Part shown: positions 39,655 through 52,520 of the stretch, piece after piece
Layout of the letters: the number at the start of each line of letters is the position of its first letter
Numbering within the stretch: position 1 is the stretch's first letter
Origin: Octopus bimaculoides
Taxonomy: Eukaryota
Length of the DNA: 64,000 nucleotides
Assembly (NCBI RefSeq): GCF_001194135.2
Contig: NC_068989.1
Span: forward strand, 49,021,187 to 49,085,186
Reading direction: 5' to 3'
Made by a program: the position numbers and the translations under genes
The notes under the pieces: model-generated
The model's input: only the letters and a program-made list of their open reading frames with translations
What the model was told of the DNA's origin: nothing
Databases searched by the model: none

Positions 39655-40570
39655 AATAATGGTTTCAAATTTTTCCACAAGGGCAGCAATTTTGGGGAAG
39701 GGGATGAGTCAATTACATCGACCCCAGTGCTCAAATGGTACTTATTTTATCGACCCTGGAAGGATGTAAGGCAAAGTTGATTTTGGCAGAATTTGAACTC
39801 AGAACATAGCAATGGGCGAAATACCGCTAAGCATTTCATCCAGCGCACTAATAATTCTACCAGCTCGCTAATACTTCTACCAGCTCACCACCTTTATGTT
39901 CCTTAATGACAATGGTAATAATAATAATAAAAGAAGAATAAGAATAATCCTTTCTACTATAGGCACGAGGCCTGAAATTTGTGGGAGGGCGATAGTTGAT
40001 TACAGCAACCCCAGTACTCAACTGGTACTTGATTTATTGACCCCGAAAGGATGAAAGGCAAGGTCAACCTCAGCAGAATTTGAACTCAGAATGAAGTGAT
40101 GGGTGAAATGCCACTAAGCATTTTGCCAAGCATGCTAACGATGTCGCGAGCTCGCCAATAATAATAATAATACTTTATACTTTATACTATAGACACAAAG
40201 CCAACAATTTTGAGGGGAAGGGAAAACAATTACATCAACCCATGTGCTCATTTAGTACTTATTTCATTGACCCCAAACAGATGAAAGGCAAAATCAGCCT
40301 TGGGAGAATATGAACTCTTCAGCTTGCTGCCTTAATATTAATTCTTTCTAACCTTGGCACAAGGCCAGAAGTTTTGAGGGGAGGAGGAGTAAATTACTTT
40401 GATCCCCACCTCCCCCAGACTGAACTGGTACTTATTTTGTCAACCTTGAAAAGATGAAAAGCAAAGTCAACCTTGGCAGAATTTGAACTCAGAATGCAAA
40501 ATGATGAAAGAAATAGCACTGTGAATTTTTGTCTTATGTGCTAACAATTCTGTCAACTTTATTGCCTTAA
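39655..40570 (-). mobile_element. Four head-to-tail family A SINEs (39655-39892, 39946-40156, 40180-40331, 40341-40566)
   Basis: Each copy has ggcacaaggcc...gaccccagt..ctggtacttattt..gacc..gaaaggatg.aaggcaaagt..; copies are separated by (AAT)n-rich spacers. Confidence 0.92.
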
Positions 40571-41090
40571 TAACAATAACAGCAGCAGCAACAACAAGAA
40601 TAATAATGACAATATCTTTGATGTGAACTGAAAGTAAATCAGATAGAGAAATATTGACTAAAATATGCCTTTGAATGAGGCAGTAAGATATTGAGTTAAA
40701 TGTGACAAGACAAAATTAGATATTGCAGATAAAATAATCTAAGAAATAGACATTAGAGAGATATACCTGCATGGTTAAAAGACACCATTATCATCATCAT
40801 AATGACAATGTTGATGATGATGACGATTGAGAATTAATTTTTATTGAGTAATACCAGCTGTTTGCTATTCTCCTTGCACAGTATTGTTAGTGAAGCTAAT
40901 GGTAACAATGGCAATGGTGGTGACGCTGGTAGAGTTGATCAATATCACTGACAAAGAGCCAACATTCTTCTGTAACTTATTCATATTTAACATTAAATTC
41001 TAGCAGACATTTTATATTTGATGCAGTAAATGAAAAAAGACATCCAGCAAACACTGTAATGGCAAAATATCTTAAGCATAAATTTTGCAT

Positions 41091-41127
<37 letters not shown>

Positions 41128-41315
41128 TAGGATTTCAGAGGGTCTTGTATTCCCTTTACTCAGACACTCTAACACACCTTGTGTGCCCACCTGCCAATTC
41201 CACACTAACAACTATAACTTTCCTTCCTTCCTTCTTCCCAGGATATCAACCCTCTGAAATCTACCTGCTCGTGTCTTGCTTGCAGGTATTCACCAGTAGA
41301 AATTTAAATGGAACA

Positions 41316-41470
41316 GGAACCCTTTTGTTATCATATTTCTGTTGAAATACATTGCCTTTGCTTCAATTAATAAGGAAAATTAGAAAGAATTTAAGGGAAA
41401 AAACCCCTGGTGTTTAGAACATAAATTAAACAAGGAATTCTGATGGAAACTTTCAGTTTATATCAGTTTA
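41316..41470 (+). mobile_element. Second MITE family (G2) fragment
   Basis: aacccttttgttatcatatttctgttgaaatacattgcc; the reverse copy ends cagaaatatggtaaaaagggtt at ~47020-47042. Confidence 0.6.
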
Positions 41471-41479
41471 AAAGATTCA

Positions 41480-41753
41480 TTAAATCCTTTAGTATTCATA
41501 TTATTGTGTCAAATACAATGCGTATTGTTTTCACATTGTTTAGAATTAATCATGCATTATCTTGTAACCTCGAGATTTCAATGATGTAACTGCTTATTTT
41601 TAAAATGACATTGTAAAGTAGGTGTTAGAGGCTGGATTTGGCCAGTTTAAACCTGAAAGAAGTAGGATATTTTGACTGCATATGGCTGGTTTAAACCTAA
41701 AACATGTAGAATATTTTGGCTGGATAAGGCCAGTTTAAATGCTAACGAGTTAA
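41480..41753 (+). mobile_element. MITE family G with an internal duplication
   Basis: taaatcctttagtattc...tttaaatgctaacgagttaa; the ggccagtttaaacct..aa..gtag.atattt unit is repeated. Confidence 0.8.
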
Positions 41754-43367
41754 ATTTTTGTAGCATAGAACCAAAAGTGGTCTCAGACAGATTGGTTAAT
41801 GGCATCAAACTCACTGGTCTTTGAGGGAGACATTGCCTCCTCTTTCAAACTCAGCAAGTAAAATAAATAAATAAACAAGCAAATGAATAAAATAAAAAAT
41901 AAATAAAAAATATATAATAAAATTAAATTGGTAAATTTTGACCAACTGATATTGTTCAAGTAAATATTTTACTATGAACGTATAAAATCTAGATACAACA
42001 AGCATGGGAAATCACTAACATTGGTTCATCAAATTTCTTTTTGACAATGTAGACAACGAAGTTTTGAGTGGATCTGGTCATTAAAATTGGTGAAAGTAAT
42101 GGAACTGTTTCAGTATTAAACCCTCCTCAGCAAAGCTTTGAAACACATTGGCTGCTTTTCACCAGTTAGCTTCAAAGGCCAAATTTACTCCAATGTGCAT
42201 AGTCTACATTGTCCAGGATTTTTGAATAACAGCCCTCAGTAGAGTGATCAATCATTCTTGCTTTTAGATTTTATATATTCCTGGAAAGAGTTTTTGTCTA
42301 TGAATTGCTTCAATAATCTCAGTTGTTTGAAGTATTTCAACCCACTACAATTACATATGCGAAACCCTATCTTAACATTAAGGGCATACTTGATAGCATG
42401 AACAAAAGCATCTACTTGGAAAGCATCTACTTGGCTCAGTTATCTCATTGTCTATACTGTCTCTTGCCACCATGGCTGATCTGTTTTGGTTTGTCAATTA
42501 AATTAATGAAAACTTTCTCCAAATACTTTGACATTGAACTATTTCAGATCCTCATCAATAGCTTTCTCTGCAGTTAAACATCTAATTATTTCTTTAATAT
42601 ATCTATTGATTCAATCTGAAATTCAATTTATTCGTCTAAGTAACATGTTATTAATACTTCACCAAATCTCAATTTAATTCTGTAAAGAATCTATTCTTCA
42701 CTCCAGAGATAGGTAAATAGGTGAAGCAAAGCTGACCATCAGTAAGCTACTGATGATGATGAAAATAATGGTGGTGAAGTGGATGAAGATGATTGTATAT
42801 TTCCAAGTTCAAATTCAACAGTTTTTCAATCATAGAAATCATCATTATCATCACCAATAGACTTCTTTTTTTTTTTAATTATCAATAGGAATCTTCATTA
42901 ATATCATCATTATTATCATTATTATTATTATTTCAATGTCCACTTTTCCGTGCTTGTAAAGGTCACATGAAATTTGTTGAGGCAAATTTTCTGTGACCAG
43001 ACATGCTTTCTGTCACCAAACCTCACCTATTACCAAGAAAGGCAATAGTTTCCTAAATGCAATGGCCAGATATGTGTGTATGGAAGATTGTAAACAAATG
43101 ACACCATTTGCATAAACAGCGACTTTATTTTCAATCAGTGCGTTAATATCAAGATAAGGGGAAGACACACATACACACATGCATGCAATGGGTATTTTAC
43201 AGAATCTGCTTAACAATTCACTTACATAGCATCAGTCAGCCCAAGGCCATGGTAGAAAGCACCAGTTGGCTGTGTCACACAATGAGAATAAATCCTAAAT
43301 AACAGGATTCCAATACAAATGTCTGAAACACATGATCATGCCTGTACTTATAAATATAGCTCAGTAA

Positions 43368-43472
43368 ATATTGGTTTCAAATGTTGGCACAAGGCCAGCA
43401 ATTCAGAGGAAGGGGATAAGTTGATCACATTAACCCCAGTACCCGTCTGGGTATTTTTCGATGTTGTTGTTG

Positions 43473-43504
<32 letters not shown>

Positions 43505-43905
43505 GTTGTTCAGGTCACTGCTTGGAATCAAACTCAGAATCTTGGGGTTAGTAGCCCATGCTCTTAACCACAAGATTCTGAGTTTGATTCCAAGCAGTGA
43601 CCCGAACAATAATAATAATAATAATAACAACAACATCGAAAAATACCTTAGGAATGAGAACCCAGGTTCAAAATTTCCCCCAAGACACCTGAAGAAGGCT
43701 GTAGGGTATATCAGCCGAAACAAATATCCATCGAATGTAAATAATGTACATAATTCCTCATCTCTTAAATATAGAATTGTATGGTGCATATTTTATTGAC
43801 CCTAAAAGGATGAAAGACAAATTTGACCTCATCGGAATTCAAATTCAGAATGTAAAAACTGATAAAATGCTGCTGAGCATTTTGCTCGATATGCTAATGA
43901 TTCTG
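43368..43905 (-). mobile_element. Family A SINE split by an insertion (43368-43449 and 43782-43905)
   Basis: The left half ends accccagtacccgtctgg and the right half resumes tggtgcatattttattgaccctaaaaggatgaaagac. Confidence 0.85.
43450..43780 (+). mobile_element. tRNA-headed retroelement with partial hammerhead core, inserted as a foldback
   Basis: Near-perfect inverted repeat 43450-43550 / 43565-43647; tRNA-like head on the inverted arm; CTGAAGA-A-GGCTG(loop)CAGCC-GAAAC at 43689-43721. Confidence 0.75.
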
Positions 43906-44570
43906 TGGTGCCATGAAGCAGAAGTCCTCAAACATTTTAACATGACAGACATCACATGAATTAGTTTATGAATGGACACAAAAACATAAATAATTTAATT
44001 CTTCTCTTCTATTTCTAAATATTTAAACCAACATAAAATATCTATGTAGGCAACATGTTTGTCTGTGAGCTACAGGTATAACACTATTGCTGAAAAGATG
44101 TTTACTCCAGCCTGTCCTCAACAGATTTTCTCCATCGATGAATTTTTATTTAAATGGAGGTGAAAATTCAGATTTTCAGTAAAATCCAAGTTTAGAATTC
44201 AGACCAAGTTAGTTTGCTAAGAAATTCAAGTTTTACAGCTAACTAACGTTAAGACTATTTTACTTTGGTCAATTGATTTTTGTAAAAGAGCATGATAGTT
44301 TATTGAATTGACACTAGTGTATTATTAGTCGTTAATTATAATACTGACCTCAAAGGAATGAAAGACAATGCTGCGTTTTGCATGGGTCATACCCAAATAA
44401 TGAAAAGAGAAAACTAAACACTTTTTTGGTACATTATTGGTTCAGCCACAGTCATGCGCTTAATAACAAATGTAATGCAAATGGGTTTTAATATTTTGAT
44501 GATGATAATGTATTACCATACTGTAAAAAAATTAAATAAATAAATAGATTGAGGATAGCTCTTTGAATCA

Positions 44571-44695
44571 ACTTATTCTTTGTAAGCAAAGTACTTATTC
44601 TATTGGTCTCTTTTACCAAACCACTAAGTTACAGGGACATAAACACATCAGCATCAAGATATGGTAGGGGTGCAAACACACAAATATATACATAC

Positions 44696-44775
<80 letters not shown>

Positions 44776-44905
44776 GATGGGCTTCTTCCATTTTCCGTCT
44801 ACCTAATTCACTCACAAGGCTTTGGTCAACCCAAAGCTATAGTAGAAGACGCCTTCCCAAGGTGCCACACAGTGAGACTGAACCTGGAGCCATGCTTCTT
44901 ACCAT
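44571..44905 (-). mobile_element. Composite SINE: family B head - (TA)n - C tail
   Basis: gtacttattctattggtctctttt...aagttacagggacataaac, then (TA)n at 44703-44774, then gatgggcttcttccattttccgtctacc...ccaaggtgccacacagtgagactgaacc. Confidence 0.85.
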
Positions 44906-45904
44906 GGTTTGAAACAAAATATTGAAACCAGGAACCATACCAATTCTTTGAAGTGATAGAGAATTTTGTTTTGTTTTGTGTTTTTATCTACAAAGAGGCA
45001 ATCATGAGATGTGGTGATGTTCATGCCTTTAACATAGGCACCAGCAATGTAAGTAAAATAACAACATTAAAGGAGAAAAAGGAACAAAAACAAAAACAAA
45101 CAATCACCATTACTGACATTGATGAAAGCCAAACCTGATACTATGGATTAAAACTAAATCCAATCATGAAGAGTTTACATTTAAGTAGACAGTTCTGTCT
45201 TAAGTGATTCCTTCTCCCAGAAGCATTAACTGAATTTTGGTCTTCAGTAATTGAATCCGACTCAATTGACATTCAAATAATCTGTGTTTTTTTCTTTTCT
45301 TTTCCTTTTGAGAGATAAACATTTTCAGATTTGAAAATCTTTAGCCAGCCATTATTAGTTAATAGCCCAAATACCAACATCCATTTCAAGTACGTTTCTA
45401 GTTCTTAGTTTATCATTGTCTGCTTAGTTCAGCTTTTCAGAACATGGTTGAAACATTAATCCCAGTTATCATACTTGATGGAATTAGATAAGTAAATGGA
45501 AATAACTGTTTATATATATATATATATGGTTGATGTTATGAAGTAGCAGCAGCAGCAGCAGTAGTAGTAGCAGTAGTACATAAACCATAAACGTGCTCTC
45601 AGCATACCACACACACATCCAGTTGCCATGTTCATTATGAGCTCAAATGATAAAATGCAAATTCCCATCTCTTCAAAAATACTTTACTGAAATTTCTGCA
45701 GTACAAATATGTAGTGTCTGAGATACAGAAGATTGACTACCACAACTTAGTTTCAAAGTTTCTTGGGTCAGTTCTGTTTAATGTAGATGTAATTGTTGAG
45801 TTGCACAGATCAGTTCCTTTTACGTAGACAGACAGCCAAGATATATTTTGCTAATCAAAGTCTTAGGAACAAGACTCTCATCTAGAACATATGATATTAA
45901 GATA

Positions 45905-46022
45905 TGTTTCAGGTTCAATTCCAATATGTGGCACCTTGAGTGTCTTTTGTTATAACATCAAGTCAACCAAAGCCTTGTGAGTGGATTTGGTAGGTGGAAA
46001 CTGGAAGAAACCTGTTGCGTGT
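45905..46022 (+). mobile_element. SINE family B
   Basis: caggttcaattccaatatgtggcaccttgagtgtc...caaagccttgtgagtggatttggtaggtggaaactggaagaaacc. Confidence 0.8.
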
Positions 46023-46234
46023 ATGTTAGTGCCTTCTTGACTTGACATTGCATGGTAGTTGTAAACAAGTGTCACCATCATACAAGTGGTGTCTTTGATT
46101 TCCAGTTGTCCATAAAAACATGTCTGGTCTTGGGGATTCATTCCCTTGCTTGAAAACAAGTGAGGATTAGCAACTGGAAGGGCATCTGGCCACATAAAAT
46201 CTACCTTGTCTAATTTTGTCTGACCAGTACAGGT

Positions 46235-46320
<86 letters not shown>
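46235..46320. repeat. (ATG)n microsatellite
   Basis: Direct reading. Confidence 0.97.
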
Positions 46321-46323
<3 letters not shown>

Positions 46324-47083
46324 TGTCTGGCAAGCTAGTTTGTGCTAAACTCAGTGTAGTATGTAGCCATTGCTATCCCATCTTTCAGATGTATATTTTA
46401 TTCAGATACAGAAGAAATCTTAATGCAGGTAGTGACCACATCAATACTCCATTGTTGATTTGACATCATGCTCTAAATGTATGATTTGGCATTTCATACA
46501 CTGCCTAACTCACTCTTTATTAAAAAATACGTGGATGACAGAAAATTAATTTCCTATCTGTCATTATCAAAATTACTTATAAAGATTTTTACAACCTGTT
46601 TACCATACTAAGAAAATTGTCTTTTTCCTGCATTGATTTAGTGGTATGTCAAAGTATTTTAATGTTACTTAACTGTAGTTGAAATAAAATTAAAGAAAAA
46701 AATTTGTATTTTTTCTTTTATTAGTTTCTTAGATGTCAATTCTAATGTTATGTAATTTTAGTTGGAAAAAATTATTTGAACAAAAATCAATTTTAACACT
46801 TTATTACATTAACCAAAAACAATTAAACAATATCAAAACACTTTGGTGAAATAACAAATAACTAGTGTTTAGAACATAAGCAGAATAGCCTAGATTAAAA
46901 CCTTCCATCAAAATTACATGTTAATTTATATTCCACACACCATCTTAATAATGACAAAGTCATTTTACTAGATTCTTGATTATTTTCAAACTTAATCAAA
47001 ACAAATGCATTGTTTTACAACAGAAATATGGTAAAAAGGGTTACAGTTAAATAGTAGTAGCTAGGGAAGACCATTTATTTTAA

Positions 47084-47298
47084 CCCTTTAGTATTTGAAC
47101 TGACCATATCCAGCTAAGATATTCCACCTGTTTTATCTTCAAACTGGCCAGATCTAGCCTCTTACATCTAACCTGTCATTTTAAAAATAAACAACCACAT
47201 CACTGTAATTTTAAAGCTATGAGACAGTGAATGATTAACTTAAAACAATGCGAATAAATAAGCATTAAATTTAACAAAATAATCTGAATGTTAAAGGG
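47084..47298 (-). mobile_element. MITE family G, complete, TTAA-flanked
   Basis: TTAA|CCCTTTAGTATT...AATGTTAAAGGG|TTAA. Confidence 0.85.
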
Positions 47299-47374
47299 TT
47301 AAAGCTAACAACTTACAATTTACACTGCTGACAAAATGGGAATCAACAAAATTGGGTTTCAAACTATTGTTACT

Positions 47375-47421
<47 letters not shown>

Positions 47422-48917
47422 CACAGCACAAAAGAAAAAGAAAATTGAGAGAAAAGAAAACCCTGTACTATTGCTAGTCTATTTGGAAACTTAGATTACA
47501 GAGAGCGAAATATATCAAAACTCCCACCAACACACAAATATATACGGAGAAGTACTCCAATAGAATATTTACTTTGTATTCTTGCATTCTGATAAATGAC
47601 TTGTAGTTTCCACTTAAATGAATGTTCTTTTATGATTATCTTACCAGTATTCACTATTTCAATCATCTTCAAGTCAATCAGCTCAAAAAGCTCACTTCAG
47701 TCAGAGAAATTAAGACATCTACTTGACAGTAATTTAAGCATCGTTAAACATATTGGAAATTCTCAAACAACAATCTAACAGACTTATTGGATATTCCAAG
47801 ACTCACTGAAATAAACTTTCTTCTCATATCATCAATCAAAAACAATATGTGAATGATAAACTCAAATTTCTATTTCATTTTCTTTTCCTTCTTTAATCAG
47901 TATTTAAGGAAGTGAACAATTTAATAATGCTTGTAAATTTCAAAACTTTTAGCTTATTTTTATAATTTCTCATACTATGAAAACCATATTGACATTTATT
48001 AATATAAGAAACTAAGGAAAAGGTTACAAGTGAGTCAAATGCTCAGCAATTTACAATGGCATATATGCTGAAAAAAAAACAATTTTGAATGCCAAGGGAA
48101 TTGAAGGAATGTGTGACTAAAATAACTTATCTACATTGATTCTGCTTTCCAAGACATTTACAAGTATAATTAGATAAGACTGTGACAAAATCAATAATTG
48201 CTAGTATCTAATTTTACACTGTATTCAAATACTGAGATGAAAATAATTTGGTCTTTCTTTCCCCCAAAGACCCATGCAATAAGTACCAGTGGTATATACT
48301 ATTTCCAAGATAATCAATATCATATACTATTGCAATCACCAAAAACACAAAATATTTTTTATCTTAATGAAAGCAATTCTTTATCATTATTATTATTACA
48401 GATGCACATATTGAAAACTAAAATTTAAAAAAAGAACAGGAAATTAAAGCTAGCAAGTTAATGAGATATGTAAACAATTGGGAATAAAAACGAACATTGC
48501 TTTATACTGAGACTATCATCATTAATTATCATTATTTTACAATAACAGCATGGGTGGGACACTTTTGCATACAATATATCTCTAACAGTCTTGAACTCAT
48601 CTATAACTACTTGCCATTAATATTACTGATTTCTTTTGTCAAAGAAGAGGTAAGAAGGAGATATTGTAGTTCATTAAATCCACCCAAATATATTATTCCT
48701 GGTCAATTAAATTTACCCACCATGGTCTATTTCTTTACAAATGTCATTAATTCTATTGATGTGAAGTGAAAGAATGTTAAAAACTTTGCACCTGAATTTT
48801 CACAGGTGTGAATCTCAATGTCCTTAAAATCCAAAGTGAGCTTCTAGGTGTCAGTAAATTTGAATACTGAGAGGAGTGGTTAAAAGTCTGATGTTTCAGA
48901 CACAGGTCCTTCAATAG

Positions 48918-49060
48918 AGTGTGCTACAGACGTTTGGTCAAGAAGTTCACTTTCTGACCATGTGGTTCAGTGTCACTACACCACACCTTAGACAAGTGTC
49001 TTCTACTAAAGCCTTATGTTTGGATGTGATAGACAGAAACTGGGAAAAGCACATCACTCA
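48918..49060 (+). mobile_element. SINE family B, degenerate
   Basis: ggtcaagaagttcactttctgaccatgtggttcagtgtcactacaccacaccttagacaagtgtcttctacta. Confidence 0.65.
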
Positions 49061-49630
49061 TGTGTGTGTGTGTGATGATAGAGAACGAAGATTTCATACA
49101 TAGAAGATGCATAAGACTAAGTTTGACTGAAAGCATTTGCAAATGCTAGGGAAGTTTCATAAAGGTAATCAATAACCTCTGTTGCCTAGGTGACCAAATT
49201 AAAAGTGAAAGTAGGTGCTATAAAAACATAATGATCAGAGTAAGAATGAAGTTGAAAATGTTTAGGGAACCATTATCTCTGCTGACAACAGATATATTTG
49301 GGCATTTTTAAGATATATTTTATAAAAGTGGCACAAAAATTTGTGAGATGCCAAGCTGAAAATATACCCGTCTAATCCAAGTAAGAATAGAGATTAACAT
49401 TATACTTTAATTATTTACTTAAATATATTTTAAGTTTATGTTTATCTGAAGATTAAATGAAATTAGAAAGTATTATTTACTCAGATTGAGTAAACGGTAG
49501 ATTGTATGAGGTTTGCACAAAGAGTGATGCTGCTTGACAGTAATGTGCACTGAATGAAGAGTATGTGTGAAGGATGTGCAAACAAAGGGCATCAGATGCA
49601 AAAGATGTAATGTGCATCCAACAGTTATAG

Positions 49631-49798
49631 GCACAAGTGTGACTGTGTAGTAAGATGTTTGCTTCCCAACCACATGGTTCTGGGTTCAGTCCTACTGCAT
49701 GCCACATTGGGAAAGTGTCATCTACTATAGTCTTGAGCCAACCAAAGCCTTGTGAGTGGAGTTGATAGATGGAAACGGAAAGATGTTGTGTGTGTATG

Positions 49799-49876
<78 letters not shown>

Positions 49877-50071
49877 CTGGCACCTGTGCTGGTGGCATGT
49901 AAAAGCATCCATTACACTCTTGGAGTGGTTGGCATTAGGAAAGGCATCTAGCTGTAGACGCCATGCCAAATCAGACTGGAGTTTGGTGCAGCCTCTCAGC
50001 TTGCCAGCCCTGGTAAAACCGTCCAACCCATACCAGCATGGACAATGGACATCAAATGATGATGGTGATGA
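49631..50071 (+). mobile_element. Composite SINE: family B head - (TA)n - E tail
   Basis: gtgtgactgtgtagtaagatgtttgcttcccaaccacatggttctgggttcagtcc..., then (TA)n at 49803-49872, then gagtggttggcattaggaaaggcatc...ggacatcaaatgatgatggtgatg. Confidence 0.85.
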
Positions 50072-50139
50072 TATATATATGTTTATATTTAATAAATGTC
50101 TGTATGTCTTTGTATCTTTGTAGCTGAAACTTAGCAAGA

Positions 50140-50265
50140 GAGATCAACAGAATAAATATCAGGCTTAAGGGAAAAAAATGTACTGTGGTCAATTTATTTG
50201 ACAAAAATTTCTTCAGGGTAGTGCCCCAGCATGGCCACAGTCTAATGGCTGAAACAAGTAAAAAA
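50140..50265 (+). mobile_element. C-tail module alone
   Basis: aataaatatcaggctt...gtgccccagcatggccacagtctaatggctgaaacaagtaaaa. Confidence 0.7.
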
Positions 50266-52139
50266 TGACAGCTGAGAAGAAAAAAAAAAAACTAAGCAAA
50301 AATGCCCGAACAGATGTGTAATGTTAATGCATATGAATAACAGTACAAAAAAATGAGGTGAAAGAAGAACTGGATATATGAGGAATCAGTTCGGGGACAA
50401 CACTGGTGTGGACAAATGATGCATGTGGAAGTACAAGCAATCAAAGAGGGAGGAGCCTGCAGGAGAAGGGGAGAGAGAAATATGGGAAGAAGAGATAAAG
50501 ATAGTACAAGTGGTGGGGTGGCAAGCAGGAAACATAACTGCCTAACTCATGTAAATAAAGATAAAGGGATCTACTACTACTACTACTACTACAATGATGA
50601 TGATGATAATGATGATGACGATGACGACAACATTGACAGTGATGTGTCAATAACTGTACCAACACAAAAAAAAAAAAAAAAAAAACAGCTGAAGTATCCA
50701 AGCGGTTGTATACTTGATTCTAAGACTGGTTTCAAAGGTTACTTAGTTTGACTAATTTCAGGTGTCAATGTCATATGCATATCTTTGTTACCTTCTTTGA
50801 TGTGTACTTGATACTGTTGAGTCTCTTTATCTTAAAAATAAAACCACACCCACTCACTCCCAGTTGATTGGTGAAGTGAGAAGAGATGTACTTAAATGTA
50901 AAGTATCAGTTGCAACTGAAATACAGTATTCAAACATGATATATTTCAAAGTAGAGTGTTATCTGAAGGCTACAACAAAGTGATATAGATAATAAATTTT
51001 GAAAAATTGAAAGCAACGATGATGTTAGTGTGTTACCTATTATTTTTTTTATCTGTTGTAATATTCCAGGAGTAAAATCCCTTTGTCAGAAGACTATAGT
51101 GAGGAGACGTGTGTCTCTTATAGGGTCACCATCCTGCTTTCCTTGTTTGTAAGTCGTGTTCTATATATGATTGCTGGAAATAGTACAAGGATGACATTGT
51201 ATGTGGATTGTTATATGTGAATTGTTGTGTGTGCATACATACTTCTGTCCTATATTGTAAGCTTTTGTATATGCTTCTGTGTTAAAATTATTTAAATATA
51301 TTTTATTTAAGCCATTGATAAAGTCTTTACAGCTGATTGATTAAGAAATAAAACCAGCCAACAGTAAAATCACAAGTTACCAATAATTTATATACAAATG
51401 CTTAAATTGGTATATGCAACTAAATCTCTGGAAACTATTTTATATATCATGCATTAACAATATTTAACAGAATCATTCTGTTTCTTTTCTGATTTAATAT
51501 TATGGTACTGAAAAATAATTACATTTTTCATTTAATATATTTAATGTAACCGAATATTTGAACCAAATAACCGCCAACTGGGAGAGGGGTACAATATGCA
51601 GTATATCCTATTATCAAATTTTTAATTTATATAAAGTGTCATGATGCAACATTTAAATCACAAAAATAAAACAAGGATGATATATTTGAATTTATTATTG
51701 TTTTATTTTGCTTTTATCTGACGCTTATCTTTATTTGCATAAACTGAAGATGCAACAATTTTATAAAATAATGTAATTTCTTAATTATGAAAACTACGAA
51801 ATATCCATCTTTATAGATTTATGATGAGTGAAAAAGTGAAACATGAGATTAATTATTATTTTATAAAAATATTTTTTCCAGCTAAGTGCAGGGACAAATT
51901 GTGTACATGGCAAAGATCCAAATATAATGCAACAGCTATGAAGGAATTTTCTGCAAAGTGAAACACGGTTCAATTTAATTCCCATCCGTAATACCTAACA
52001 GTAGAGTAGGCCTATGGCCTGTAAATCCAGAAGTTTTCTTCTGTTTGTTTTATAGACAGGTCCATCATCAATTCTCCTGCTTACCAGGTATGATGCAAAG
52101 TCACTTTTCCTAACCAAGTGCACTAGAGCAACATGAAAA

Positions 52140-52520
52140 TAATAATGAAGTTATTGTGTATAGTGCTCAGATGCACTACAACTTATCAAAGGTGCTTGAA
52201 TATTACATAGCATTACGTACAAATGTCAGGAAAGTGAACAGTGTATGAGTCATGATATACTTGTGTGCATGCATATGGAGGAGGAGATATCAAGTGTAGT
52301 GTTGGCAAATTTCAGGAAGCATGGAGGTTCTAAAGGATGCAATGTCTTGGTAGCTAACAACTGATGCAGATAGTTTGTTCCATACTTCAGCAACTCTGTG
52401 TAAAAAAATGTTTCTGAAAGTCATGGAAGCTGTGCTGTTTCCTGACTTTGCAGGCATGCCCGCATGTATTAAGACACATGGAATTCAGAAAGGTGCTCAA
52501 GGTTGTTGTTGGCACAATGG
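52140..52520 (-). mobile_element. CR1/L2-group LINE 3' end (RT C-terminus and 3' UTR)
   Basis: The minus strand reads NTCGHACKVRKQHSFHDFQKHFF, frameshifts in a T-run, then HRVAEVWNKLSASVVSYQDIASFRTSMLPEICQHYT* (stop 52290-52292). This matches TRGH..K...R..FFS.RV...WN.LP..VV. Confidence 0.8.

Noticed and set aside
39655-40570. Regularly spaced repeats as a possible CRISPR array
   Set aside because: The units are ~200-bp diverged SINEs in eukaryotic DNA; there are no short identical repeats with unique spacers and no cas genes.
42750-42770. CTGATGA...GAAA hammerhead-like words (also 49446-49470)
   Set aside because: No stem II and no stem I/III pairing.
45950-46333. Poly-His ORF
   Set aside because: Translation of (ATG)n plus a SINE; the same applies to the poly-T/A ORF at 33235 and the poly-L/N ORFs at 43430-43799.
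48559-48651. Plus-strand exon-like segment (WVGHFCIQYISNSLELIYNYLPLILLISFVKEE|gtaag)
   Set aside because: No linked plus-strand exons or recognisable homology. Similar isolated cases at ~5950-6037, 56160-56390 and 59254-59440 were also set aside.
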